This document shows positions 13,480 to 26,057 of a stretch of 64,000 nucleotides of DNA, in pieces. The notes beneath the pieces were generated by a model, which worked only from the letters and a program-made list of their open reading frames with translations, was not told the origin of the DNA and ran no database searches. Origin of the DNA: the human T2T-CHM13v2.0 reference genome, Homo sapiens; assembly GCF_009914755.1 (NCBI RefSeq), contig NC_060941.1. The stretch is one strand, 5' to 3'. A program made the translations under genes and the position numbers. Position 1 is the stretch's first letter. Each line of letters opens with the position of its first letter.

Positions 13480-13735
13480 AATCCCGGCCTTTGGGATGCC
13501 GAGACAGGAGGATCATTTGAGGGCAGGAGTTCACAACCAGCCTGGGCAACGTAGGGAGAGCTCATCTCTACAAAAAACATAAAAGATTAGCTGAGCATGG
13601 TGGCACACGTCTGTAGTCCCAGCTACTCAGGAGGCAGAGGTGGGAGGATCGTTTGTGCCTGGGAGGTTGAGGCTGCAATGAGTACCACAGCACTCCAGCC
13701 TGGGTGACAGAGTGAGACCCTGTCTCTTTAAAACA
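13480..13735 (+). mobile_element. 5'-truncated AluJ-like
   Basis: ggaggatcatttgag...cagcctgggcaac...gggaggatcgtttgtgcctggg...ccagcctgggtgacagagtgagaccc. Confidence 0.85.
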
Positions 13736-13744
13736 ATAGAAGTA

Positions 13745-14070
13745 GGCCAGGCACAGTGGCTCATGCCTGTAATCCAAGCACTTTGGGAGGTCGAGGCGGG
13801 TGGATCACGAGGTCAGGAGCTCCAGACCATCCTGGCTAACACGGTAAAACCCCGTCTCTACTAAAAACACACAAAAAATTAGCCGGGCGTGGTGGCAGGT
13901 GTCTGTAGTCCCAGCTACTCAGGAGGCTGAGGCAGGAGAATGGCGTGAACCTGGGAGGCGGAGCTTGCAGTGAGCTGAGATCACACCACTGCACTCCAGC
14001 CTGGGCAATAGAGAGAGAATCGTCTCAAAAATCATATAATACAATTCAATACAATACAATACAATACAAT
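13745..14070 (+). mobile_element. AluY-like element with (AATAC)n tail
   Basis: Diagnostic gaatggcgtgaacc and gagcttgcagtgag motifs; aatac repeats at ~14038-14070. Confidence 0.88.
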
Positions 14071-14160
14071 ATGTAGTGATAACAGTGAAGCACAGATGGC
14101 GTTTGTTCAGGTTTGTTTTCCGTTCTGCAGGAGCAGCAGCACTGGCCTGTTGTCAGTGCA

Positions 14161-14241
14161 GGTGGCCGGCAATGGCCTTGCTGACCTCGAGCCGGGCCCA
14201 CATGGGGACCTTTGGAGCACAGCCCACGATCCTAGTGCAAA
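14161..14241 (+). pseudogene. Candidate non-coding 5'UTR exon (first) of the short MKK3 isoform; start approximate
   Basis: caatggccttgctgacctcgagccgggcccacatggggacctttggagcacagcc...gtgcaa resembles the 5'UTR of the short MKK3 cDNA as recalled. No GT follows the expected junction (gcaaa|gaatgt). Confidence 0.5.
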
Positions 14242-15084
14242 GAATGTCCCATTCTTCTGATGCTCTGGGAGGGCTGAGCATCACTTGTGGGTCCCCCTGC
14301 CCTGTCATGGCCTCTTAAAGCCTGAGCATGGGGCCTGCCCCACAGTGTGGGAGCCTGGGGCCAGAGTCCCACCGATCTGACCCCTTTTGTGCTGGGGATT
14401 TTGTGTGCATGGACTTGTTTAGTCTTCACGGCTACCCAGCAACCTGGGTGTGTTGTCATCAACCCCATCTTAGGAGTGAGTAAACTGAGGCCCGGTGGGA
14501 CAGTGACCTACTCAAGGTCATGAAGGACTGTCCTGGGAGCATGGCTTTGTCTTTACAACTCTGGACCCTTGCTCATCCTTTCCCAGAAGTCATGGCCCCT
14601 TCACCCATTCGTAGAACATCAAGGGAGGAAACCGAGGCTTGCACAGAGAGGGAGTGTGGCTCGCCCCCAGGCTGGCATGGGCTGACGCTGTGGTGGTTGC
14701 TCCACTGAGGTGCAGGAAAGGCAGGAGCTGGGACCCAGGCTGGGGGCCTGACTCTGCTGCTGCCCTGGTGCGTCACCTCAGGCGTGTCCTGGGGCCCCTG
14801 GTGTCAGCATCTGCACTGGACAGTCTCTGGGGCACCCTCCAGCCTGAGCAGCCTGCTGCAGGGGCTGTACTGTGCTCAGTGAGCCTGGCTGCCCCTTCAG
14901 ACAGAGCAGAGTGCTGGGGCTGGCTTCAAGCAGGCCTCTTTGTTTCTTCTTTTCTTTAAATTGCCTGCACTTGAGTAGCCTTTATCACACAGTGCAGGAA
15001 TCTCAAAGGGACAAAAAGGCAGTCTCTTGTTTCTCCTCGGAATACTCTGCAGACTCCAGCATTTTCTTTCCTTCTTCTTCTCAT

Positions 15085-15600
15085 TTTTTTTTTTTTGAGA
15101 CAGTGTCTTGCTCTGTTGCCCAGTGGCACAGTCATGGCTCACCACAGCTCAGACGATCCTCCCACCTCAGCCTCCCAGGTAACTGGGACTACAGGCACGC
15201 ACCACCACGCCCACTACATTTTTGTTTTGTTTTATTTTTTGTAGAGACAGGATTTTGTCATGTTGCCCAGGCTAGTATTGAACTCCTGAGCTCAAGGAAT
15301 CCACCCACCTTGGCCTCCCAAAGTGCTGGGATTACAGGCATGTGCTAATTTTTGTATTTTTAGTAGAGACAGGGTTTTACCATGTTGGCCAGGCTGGTCT
15401 CAAACTCCTGACCTTAAGTGATCCTTCTGCCTTGGCCTCCCAAAGTGCTGGGATTACAGGCATGTGCTAATTTTTGTATTTTTAGTAGAGACAGGGTTTC
15501 ACCATATTGGCCAGGCTGGTCTCAAACTCCTGACCTTAAGTGATCCTTCTGCCTTGGCCTCCCAAAGTGCTGGGATTACAGGCGTGAGCCACCTCACATG
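15085..15600 (-). mobile_element. Alu plus two tandem 122-bp Alu left-arm copies
   Basis: AluJ-like 15085-15340, followed by near-identical units 15341-15462 and 15463-15584. Confidence 0.9.
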
Positions 15601-18495
15601 GTCTGACCGGCATTTTCTTTCTCACACTGCTGTACTCCTGCTGCTCTTGGCTCTTCCTGTCCCTGGGAGGCCACTCCTCGCATCCTGCTGAGGACCTGCA
15701 GGATCCTCACCAATTCCATGTGCCAGCCTATTGATTCTATAAACCCTGGGCCTCAGTTTCTCCATCTGCAGCATGGAGATCACATTAGTACCTGCCTCAA
15801 GGGGTTGCTGAGAGGATCAAATGAGATGTAATGAAAGAAATTTGCATAGGCCAGGCACGCGGAGGACACCCCAGGACACCCCAGCACATTGTAGGTATTC
15901 ACTAAATGTTAGTGGGTGTTGTAGTGTGGGGGTAAGCTGCTCAACGTGGAATTTCTGGATGCAGAAGAATGGGCATTTTGATGGCCATGGGGCACGGAGG
16001 ACCCAGACCGGTGAGGTCTGGCCATGGGAGGCCAGGCCACACCCTGATGCCCGCAGCCACCTGCCGTGGGCCCCCTGTCTTTCACGTGCCTTGTGCCCTG
16101 ACCACTCTGCCCAGGGTCCTCCCGTGTTGCCTCCTTCCCTCCCAGCAAGGCCCGTGCCTCTGGACCTTCCCTACGTCCTTCCCTCCAAAGCACAAGTGGT
16201 TCCATGTTGCAGGCGGGCCATGGTTGTCTCTGCTGGGCTGTTGGCATCGGGTGGGAGGACCCTCTGGCAGCCGTGGTTGCCCCTGTGCAGCTGAGCACCT
16301 GGCCTCCCCCTCTGGATGTTAGGGGTGCTCCCGAGCCATGCTGGTCCGGAGCATCACCGGGGAGGGGGCGCTGCCAGGTAGATAGGCTGGGGGTCTCCAG
16401 TGCTCTGCAGGTGAGGAAGTCCCTGTAGGGTAGAGAGGTGGGGAGGGTGTAAGGCCCTGGAGGCCAGGCCCTGGCCAGGTGGCCTCGCACAGCCGGGCAG
16501 AGGCAGGGCAGAGCCTTGGTCACTCCTCCTCACCCTAGCCTGCTGCATGCCTACAAGGTGAGGATAGAGAAGGTAGGGCCTGCAGTGGCCGTGCATGAGG
16601 CCAGATGGCACAGCCTGGGCCTAGCATGGAGCAGGCACTCAGGTAGATGGGAGAAACTTCCCCTTGTCCTGCATCCTCTCCAGAGCCCAGGACAGGGGCC
16701 CCAGAACCTCAGGGCAAAGGGCCCTGCCCGAAGGTGCATGGCCACCCCCTGCTGCCCACAGGTGCTTGGCAGTGGCGCCTGCAGCACCTCAGGGCCTCTG
16801 ATGGCACCTGTCCTGGGGAGAGGGGCCAGTGTCTGGCAGGTCGCAGCCAAACACATCCATCCACACTGTCAAGGGACATCTGCCCATGCAAAAGCCTGTG
16901 CCCACTTCTTGGAGCCTCAGTTTCCCCCATGCCATGGAGCACATTGGCCTTGTTGCTGTCCCTCTGAGGGACCCTGCGGAATAGAGGTGGCCTGGGGCAG
17001 GGCAGCGCCTCTTGCTACCAGCCCCCGTGGCTCCCAGCCACATCTCCCAGCCCCTGTGGCTCCTTCCCTGGCGGGCCCAGAACTTCTGCAGTAGAACAGG
17101 GACCTCCTGGAACATCCAGAAGTCAGGTGAGGGCAGTGAACTAGGAGCAGGGATTACTTTTGTCGTCAGAAACCTGGTGATGTTCCTGCACGTGGCATGG
17201 TATGGGGCTGACTTTATGAGTGGAGGTGGAGCAGGGGCTGCAAGGAGGGGTTGTCATCTTGCCCCTGTGGGTGACCCTTAGAGGGTCACACAGCTTGGTC
17301 TCCCCAGGCCCAGGGTAGAGGGAGCAGCTGAAGTGGGGGCCCTGCCCTCAGGCTGTTGCTGTTTGGACATTGGAGCCAGACAGACCTGCCTTTATGGCCA
17401 CTCCTCACCAGACGCCCACCGTGTGGCCTCTCTAAGTCGCCTCTTCTCCCATGTGCTTGGTACAACAGATACGTGAACCTCCCTTACTCCCTCGTGGAGT
17501 CACTGAGAGGGTGGACAGCGGTGGTCTGGGGCTGAGGGTGGTGTTCTCTTGGGAGCTGTGCACTTCCAGATGGCCCCATCTAATCTCCACGCACCAGGCA
17601 CTGCTATGGCATGACGCTGATAACCCGGGGTGGTTGGTCTGTAGTCTCCGCTTTACATATGTCCAGAGAGGTGAAGCCACTTGCTTGAGGGCACACAGCT
17701 AGGAAGGGGCAGAGTTGCAGTTGAGCCCAGGCCTTGGCTCCAGAGTGAGTGCTCACAGGTGACCTGCTGACTGGCTCTCTGAGATGGTAACTGCAGAACG
17801 GCCACCTGTGGGACTCCACAGCAGAGAAGCCATCAGGCCACAGGGAGAGCCTGTCACTGGGGCCTGCGCAGTCAGGCAGCCTCTCTGATCTGGTGAAAGG
17901 CAAGACGACGTAGCAGCTAGGACAGTCACAGGGAAGAGCATTTCAGGCAGAGGGAAGGGCATGTGTGAAGGCCCTGCGGTGGGAAAGCAGGTGTCTCATT
18001 CAGAGAAGGGCTCACTCAAGGGTCGGGGGCTCTAGTTGGGGGTGAGTGGGAGGAGACAGGGCAGAGCTGCCACGGCCAGTGAGAGTTGTGTTCTAGTCTG
18101 GGGGTGCCTCTCTTTACCTGTGGTGTAGCCTCAGGTCAGTGGCTGAATTCTGGTCAGTTTCAGTTTCCTTGCCCCTGCCTGGGGGCTGCTATGAGGCTGG
18201 AATATGTGGAGGACACCCCAGGACACCCCGTGCTGAGAGCCGGGACAGGCGGGCTTATCGTGGGTTGCCAGTGGCCGCCGAGAGCCTCTGTTTGTTGTGG
18301 TGACGGTCGCCACAACGGCTGCACCTGGGCAGCCCTGGGCTGCCTGGCCATCTGGGCCCAGCTCTGATGTCAGCAGCAGCCTGAGACCTGTTTCTGGGCT
18401 GTCTCCATGACGGCCTCACCCACTCCCTCTGACAGCTGGGTGGCTTCCCCATGGAGCCTGTGGCCCTCCTGATGCAGGCTCGGTGTTCCCAACAG

Positions 18496-18590
18496 GCCGG
18501 TGGATGCAGAGGCCAGTCCATATACCACCCTGGCCTGCGAGGAGCATGGTCCCCACCCATCCAGCCCATATGTGCAAGTGCCCTTGACAG
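18496..18590 (+). pseudogene. Candidate non-coding 5'UTR exon (second) of the short MKK3 isoform
   Basis: Acceptor cccaacag|gccggtggatgcagaggcc...cccttgacag resembles the recalled cDNA UTR. It is followed by GA (gaggggaaactgagg, MIR-derived) rather than GT. Confidence 0.55.
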
Positions 18591-18906
18591 GAGGGGAAAC
18601 TGAGGCTTGGTGAAGGGGGGCCACATGATACAACATTCCCAAATCCCAAGGCATGAGGTGGGTGGCAGGCTGGGGCCAGAGGGACCAAGAGCAGAGAGAG
18701 TGCAGGGAGGGTGTGGCGTGGACCCCACAGGGAAAGGGTGGGATTCAAGGGGCTGGGGGCAAGGTCAAGGCCCAGGGTCTCTTTACAGAGCTTTAATTTT
18801 TAACAGAAAATATTTTATATTCTGGTTACGAAAAGCCTGACATCAGGAATAAAAGCTACCTATAATTCTCATTACTTAGGGCAGTTTTTTTTTTTCACTT
18901 CTGCAG

Positions 18907-19031
18907 AGAGGTTGGTCATATCCATGGTGACCATTTATGGGCCACAACAGGTCCCCATCTGCGCAGTGAACCCTGTGCTGAGCACCTTGCAGACGTGATC
19001 TTGCTTCATCCTGCAGCACTGTGTGGGGCAG
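18907..19031 (+). pseudogene. Candidate non-coding 5'UTR exon (third) of the short MKK3 isoform
   Basis: Strong polypyrimidine acceptor (T-run, cacttctgcag|) and donor ggcag|gtgggt. Matches the recalled UTR segment immediately 5' of exon 2. Confidence 0.65.
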
Positions 19032-21270
19032 GTGGGTGGCATTTCTGCCTCGAGCTGTTTTGTACATGAGGAACCCAAGGTGCAGAGGAGGGCACCATGC
19101 CAGGGTCGCAGAGCTGGGGTTTACCATGGCTGCGCCACTCCAAGCCCAGAGCCCCAGAGGTTCAGAGACTTTGGCCCAGAGGCAGGATAGAAGTGGCCTC
19201 AGAAGCTGCTGGCCCTGTGTGCCATGGTTTTTCCTGTTAGAATGTGCTGAGCCTCTGCATCTCCAGACTCTGTTGCCGTTTCTTGTTGAGCACGAGACTT
19301 GGGCCCCTCCTTCCGCCTCAGGGAGGGCTCTCTGTGGCAGTGGTGCTGTGAGCCATGGCCTGGCCTGTTGGGGTCTGCGAGTCAACAAACTCAGGAGTGA
19401 CTCCTGGCCAGACCCCTGACTTGCTGTGCAGCCTGGGGCAAGTGGCTTCACCTCTCTGAGCCTGTTCCCCAAGTAAAGTGAGGTTGGGAGCCCCTCCCTC
19501 TAGGGCTGTGGGAGTATCTGGAGTCACAGATGAGAAGGGCCCTGCCTGTGGCCGGTGCTGTGGCTGTGACAGACTCGCAGTGAGACCCATGCGGTCCCTG
19601 ACAGCCAGGGTGTTGCTGCATCTTAAAATGAGATAAAAACGCTGCACACAGGAGTAGTGACTAGGCGGTTGATTCATGGGGTGAGCAGTTAGCTGGCAGG
19701 CACCCAGTGCATGTGGTGGCAGCTGCTACTGCTGCTGCTGCTTCTGTCTGTGGACATTGTTGTTTCCTGAAGCCTCTGGGGCCTGGCAGCAGGGTCCCCG
19801 GGGTGGCTTTGGTGGAAAGGCTGCAGGTATCTGCTTGCCTGGCCCCTGCACTCTGCCTACCTGCCCCAGGATGGACCCTGGGACCCCTGTCCCTGCCAAG
19901 GCTATTCTGTTTCCTGTTGTTCTGGCCTTGTCTTCCCAGTGGCAGTAACCACCTTTCGCCCTCCATCTGGGCTGGGTTGGCTGCTGGGCCCCGGTGCGTG
20001 GCTCTCAGATGGGGCCACAAGTCTGTGTTGCACCGTGGCCAAGGCTGGATCTGAACCTGGCTTGGAGGCGGCTTCAGAGACTGGGGTCTTCTTGGCAGGC
20101 GGCAGCAGGGCCATGGGCAGTTTCCAAGCCCCAGTACCAGCAGCCAGGGTGAGCCAGCAGCAGTGAGTAGGGGGTGGTGGGTGAAGGCCAAGGTGTGGCA
20201 GGATCATGCTTGGGAAATGATGAGGCAGAAGCTCCCACAAGGGCAGGCATGTGGCCAGCATGTCTGTACTGGGTGGTCTCTGGGAGCCGTGTCACTCCCG
20301 GCCCTGCTGCCTGATGGTGCCAGAGCACCAGGTGACCCTGGCATCTCTGATCCTTGCTTCTCCTGCCTGTGGAATGGCGGCTATGCCTTCTTCAAAGGGC
20401 GGCCCTGACTACAGGGAGCTCTCTCTGCATGCCAGCCCCACTGTGCCTGGAGCCCCAGAAATGTTGACCCTCCGTTAGTACCAGCTGAGTGCTGTGCACC
20501 TGGCCAGGCTCCTGTAGCCAGCCTGAGAGGTGTGGATACTGGGGCCTCTCGTCTGTCCCTAGGGGTGGAGTGAGGAAGGTACTGCCCCGGGACTCTGGCC
20601 TGCCCAGTGCAGGTGTGGGGAGAGAGCCCGGGACTCGGGACTCTGGCCCGGTGCAGGGGAGGGGAGAGAGCCAGCGCTTTTCAGGGGAGGGAGAGAAACG
20701 GGCATCAGGTGTCGGCCTCCAGGGTGAGCAGGGCCCAGCAGAGCTAGCCTGGAGGGCATCCCAGGCTGGAGTCCCTGCCTGCTCCACCACCTGTTGCCCT
20801 TTCTGGGGGCCTGGCCTTCCACATCTTGGTTGTAGTATAAGCCCCATCCTGCTACCTGCAGCTATGAAGCCCCTGCACAGTGGCTGCTGCAGGTGCTGGC
20901 TAGACCCCTGCTGAGCCCCTTCTCACCCCACATCCTGTTGGCTAGTCAGGCAGGGCAGTGAGGACACCTCACAGATGGGGAAACTGAGGCCCAGGGAGGT
21001 ACTCAAGATGTGCCCAGTGGGCAGGGCTGAGATAAGGCCCTGGAGTCCAGCCTCCAGGCCTGGGTCTGTCCTGCTCTGCTCCCCTGCAGGGCTGGCGGGC
21101 CTCCTTCCCCCTTTGAAGGCCTAATGGCCTGGCTTGGAGAGAGGGGGCTCCCGGCATGGGTGATGGCAGAGGCTGGCACCCTTGTGGGCCAGGGCCTGAT
21201 GGCTCATGGGAGTGCAGGGGACATTGATGTCAAGGGATAGGCCAGACGCCTCACCTTCTCTCCACTCTAG

Positions 21271-21337
21271 GAAAATCCAAGAGGAAGAAGGATCTACGGA
21301 TATCCTGCATGTCCAAGCCACCCGCACCCAACCCCAC
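21271..21337 (+). pseudogene. MAP2K3: MAP2K3 paralog exon 2 ((G)KSKRKKDLRISCMSKPPAPNPT; D-domain; Met30 ATG at 21309-21311)
   Basis: ctctag|GAAAATCC...CCCCAC|gtgagt, 67 nt. Confidence 0.95.
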
Positions 21338-21735
21338 GTGAGTCTGCCTCAGTTTCTCCCTGGCTCACCCTGGAGAGGCTTCCCGAACAGGGCTCAGTGG
21401 AAGGAGTGAGAGGCAGGTGGGGCCAGCCCCGCTTTGCCTTGTCCTGTCCTGGACAGCCCCTGCTGTGCATACAGCCAGGCGACGGCTGCTGGGGGTTCAT
21501 GCAGCACCATTTGCTCTGCTCTGCTCGCTTCTCACCCTGTCTTGGAGGCTCGATGAGGCCATGCCCAGCTCAGTGTAGATGCTCAGCAGCCAGTGAGAGG
21601 AAGTGGCCCGAGGAGGCGCCTCCAGGGCAGGAGGCACCTCGTCCCCATGCCAGGCCCCACACTGGCCCATCTACTGCTGCACTTGGGGAAGGGTGTGGTT
21701 CTCTCTGAAGCTCACGGAGTCTTCTTTCTCCACAG

Positions 21736-21784
21736 AACCCCCCGGAACCTGGACTCCCGGACCTTCATCACCATTGGAGACACA
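21736..21784 (+). pseudogene. MAP2K3: MAP2K3 paralog exon 3 (TPRNLDSRTFITIGDT; P40T, R55T)
   Basis: ccacag|A ACC CCC CGG...GAC ACA|gtaggt, 49 nt. Confidence 0.95.
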
Positions 21785-22256
21785 GTAGGTGCCAGCCGCC
21801 ACCCCTGCAGGGCCTCTGACTTCACCTGACGAGCGGGTAGAGCTGACCCTGCAGGATCACTCTTGGGGGAGGTGACTGAGGGGTCAGAGAGGGTCAGGCT
21901 CTGGAGAAGAGCCTCATCCTGCGCTGCTGCTGTGTGGCCCTGGGCCACCCACTCTTTGACCCTCCTGGTGGGAATGAGGTCCATTGGCTGCCTGACTGGA
22001 GCTTGGCGAGCCCAGAGCTGGTAGGAAGGTTTCTGAGCTGAGAGCAAGGCCCTGCACCTCATCCTAGCCCTAGGGGAGAGTATTGAACATGCAGGCTCCT
22101 AGGCCGCCCTGGACCTGCTGGATCACTCCCTCAGGCCAGCACCTGGGAAACCTGCATTTTATGCTTCCAGAAGCCTCAGAAGGGCACTAGCCATTCAGAA
22201 TCCTGGCTCAGGGACCGTGCTATGCCCAGTTCCTCCCAACAGAAACCCTACTCCCA

Positions 22257-22874
<618 letters not shown>

Positions 22875-23380
22875 TCACATTCCCTGACACTCACCATCTG
22901 CTGTCCTGTTCATCTACTTGCTTATTCCTTTTTGTGTCCCTCCCAAGAGAGGGAAACATCTGTGAAGGCAATGCTTTTGTTTTGTTGTCACTGTGTCCCC
23001 AGTGCCCAAAACACATTGTGGATGCTTGGTAAACAGTTTCTGAATGAGTGACTCATTCCAGCCAGCTGAGTGAGGTCGGAAAAAGAGGAACAGGGCACCT
23101 CTTTCTCAGAGCTGTGCCTGCTGGCAGGGCATTTTGTCTCAGTCACACTCCACAGCAGCCTTGGGATGTTGGCACTGTGCCTGTTTTATAGAGGGCAACT
23201 GAGGCTCAGAGAAGTTAAGTGACTTGCTGAGGGTTACACAGCAGGGAGCGGTGGATATGAGGTTTGAGCCCAGATCTAATCAGCTGGTCCTCTTCATGCT
23301 GCCCAGGTATCTCCACTGGGCATGGGGTGAGGACTGGCTTCCACCTTGGTGGCCACTGACTCTCTTTTCCATCCTTCAAG

Positions 23381-23494
23381 AACTTTGAGGTGGAGGCTGA
23401 TGACTTGGTGACCATCCCAGAACTGGGCCGTGGAGCCTATGGGGTGGTAGAGAAGGTACGGCACGCCCAGAGTGGCACCATCATGGCCGTGAAG
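23381..23494 (+). pseudogene. MAP2K3: MAP2K3 paralog exon 4 (NFEVEADDLVTIPELGRGAYGVVEKVRHAQSGTIMAVK; S68P)
   Basis: ttcaag|AAC...AAG|gtgagc, 114 nt; Gly-rich loop and catalytic Lys93. Confidence 0.96.
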
Positions 23495-23709
23495 GTGAGC
23501 AGGGCCTGGAGGCAGCTGGGAAGGCTCCCTGGAGGAGGCGGGCTGAGCTCTGCCATGGGGCCCTGCCTATCCCTCTCAGTGATCAGTACCAAGGCTAAGC
23601 TTTTTGGGGCACACTGGGCAGTGGCCCCCTGAGCTCCTGGCCCTCCTGTCATGAGTGTGGGTGTTGGCCTCTGCCATGGCAACCTCTGAATGGCAGTCCT
23701 TCCCTGCAG

Positions 23710-23829
23710 CTGATCTGGGCCACCGTGAACTCATAGGAGCAGAAGCGGCTGCTCATGGACCTGGACATCAACATGCGCACAGTCGACTGCTTCTACACTG
23801 TCACCTTCTACGGGGCACTATTCAGAGAG
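23710..23829 (+). pseudogene. MAP2K3: MAP2K3 paralog exon 5 (LIWATVNS*EQKRLLMDLDINMRTVDCFYTVTFYGALFRE; R94L, R96W, Q102*)
   Basis: ctgcag|CTG ATC TGG GCC ACC GTG AAC TCA TAG...GAG|gttcgt, 120 nt. Confidence 0.96.
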
Positions 23830-24967
23830 GTTCGTCCTCACGTGATGCAGCTGGGGATCTCCACCTCCCACCCATCAGTCGCCTGCAACCCACTGTCACT
23901 CAGTCCCTCCAGTACGCCAGGTGCTGGGGACACCTGGCATACTGGCAGGAGTCTCCCCCGCCTCCTGGCTGTTACTGTCCTGCTCAGTGCCTCAGTTTCC
24001 TTGTCAGTCAAATGAGGCCGGTGGTTGTGGGTGCCTCCTAAAGTTGACACGGAAGGTAAATGACATGGCCTGGGGCCTGGCATTCGGCTGCACTCAGTTC
24101 TGTCTGACCATTCTCATCCCCATGGCATACAGGGCGTGGGAATGGCATATGGGGCGTGGGGTGCCCAAGCAGGCAACGGCCATGGAGATATGAGATCTGG
24201 ATTCTGGGTTCTAGGTTTGTGGACAGGATGGGGTGTGTGCTGAGAGAGTGACTGAGGCTGGAAGGGTGGAGCTGCCTTCTGCCAAGCCAGGTGGGTGTGG
24301 GTGAGCAGGGAGGCCAGGAGCCTGGGCGATGCTGGGCTCATACTGGTCACTTGCCCCTCAAGGAGCTGTGGCAGGGTCAGGGCGTCTGAGTCCAGCAATC
24401 GGGCAAGGTCAGGGCTGCTTCACCTGTCCTCACTCTTCACTCATGAAAAGCTCAGCATCCTTGTGCCAGCTCCTAGCCGATGGGGCCCCTGCAGCCTGCG
24501 AGTGCCCCCTGTGCATCTCCCAACCTTCCTGTCAGGAGAGTCCTCAGGAGTTCACTGGGGAAGAGGGAGCAGGTCCTTGCAGGCAGGGAGCCATCTGCCA
24601 GGGTCAGCTGGCACGAGGGTGTCTGTCGGTCAGCAGGGCCAGCTGTTGCCATGGAGCTGGTGCAGGTGCATCCTGAAGCTCTGGTGGAGGGACCCAGCGA
24701 GGCTGTGTGCTAATCCTCCTCCTCCCTGGAGACACCTGGAATTGGGGATCAGATGGAGGAGGCTGGCGCCCGAACCTGGCAGTGCAGGCAGAGCTGGAGG
24801 GTGGGGGAAGTGGGCAAGTGGGTGGTGGGTGGGAGCCCGGTGAACTGTGGCTGAGTGGGTGGGCACACGTCGAGGAGGGGGCTGGGGCTGGTGCTGGGGC
24901 AGGCAGTGAAGGTGGTGCGGACACGGGCAGCCCGGCAGCCTGGCTGAGCTCTGGGTGTCACCCACAG

Positions 24968-25084
24968 GGAGATGTGTGGATCTGCATGGAGCTCATGGAC
25001 ACATCCTTGGACAAGTTCTACCGGAAGGTGCTGGATAAAAACATGACAATTCCAGAGGACATCCTTGGGGAGATTGCTGTGTCT
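24968..25084 (+). pseudogene. MAP2K3: MAP2K3 paralog exon 6 (GDVWICMELMDTSLDKFYRKVLDKNMTIPEDILGEIAVS)
   Basis: ccacag|GGA...TCT|gtgagt, 117 nt. Confidence 0.96.
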
Positions 25085-26005
25085 GTGAGTGGCCTGGGTG
25101 GGCTGGGGGGGTCCCAGGTGCATAGGCAGAGGCCCAGCCCTGCCAGCAGGCAGGGAGCCTGCCTGATGATGGTGTCTTGGGCAGAGCTGGGCATCAATGT
25201 GCCCCCTGAACCTGGGCAGCTGCCCTGCATAGGCCCTTCTCCTCCACCCCAGACCAGAACCTTTGTGCTTAGGAGACCTCTGCTCCTGGGGCTCCTGGAG
25301 CCCTACAGATTTGGCAGTTCCAGGTGTCTGAGCCATTGATTCCAACTCTTGAGTTCCAGACCATTTTTTAAAAAAGGAATTTAGTATTTACAACAGGGTC
25401 ATATTAAAAATGCCCCGGGGCAGCTCACAGAGGTACAAGCTAAGTTGGGAGAAAGGTTAGCATCCAAAGTGTGTGCTTTTTGAGTCTAAAAAGTCCTTGA
25501 GGGAGGGCAGCAACACTGGACTTGAGCATTCCAGTGGCCAAAGGAAAAAGGAAAATAGAACCAGTGAGACTGGTTCAATCCTCACTGCATCTGGAAACAT
25601 TTACAATATACCCCTGCCTCAGGCTCCCCACCCAGCCTTCCCAAGGGAAATGGCTCCAAGCTGCTAGAATACTGGCTCTGCCACGGGAGGGGAGATGGGA
25701 CAGGGAGGCTGCCGAGAGCTAGGTTTTACCCAAGAAGAGCCTGGCAGGCAGTGATGATGGCTCCCTGGGAGGTGAGCCCAGGAGGATGAGAGGAGGCAGG
25801 AGGCTGAGTGTGTCTGCACCAGGATTGTTAGGATGCTGGGGCAAATGCCAGGACAGGGCAGGAGGCTGGGGTGAGAGGGTGCCTAGCCTGTGCAGTGGGA
25901 GCGGGAGACAGGTGGACATGGATGGGGTCTTACTGCTCTGTCGTTTTTGACGTGGCCAGGAATAACAGAGTCCTGTCTCTTCCCTCCTCCCCACCCCACC
26001 GCCAG

Positions 26006-26057
26006 ATCGTGCGGGCCCTGGAGCATCTGCACAGCAAGCTGTCGGTGATCCACAGAG
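26006..26057 (+). pseudogene. MAP2K3: MAP2K3 paralog exon 7 (IVRALEHLHSKLSVIHR)
   Basis: cgccag|ATC...AGA G|gtcagt, 52 nt. Confidence 0.96.
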
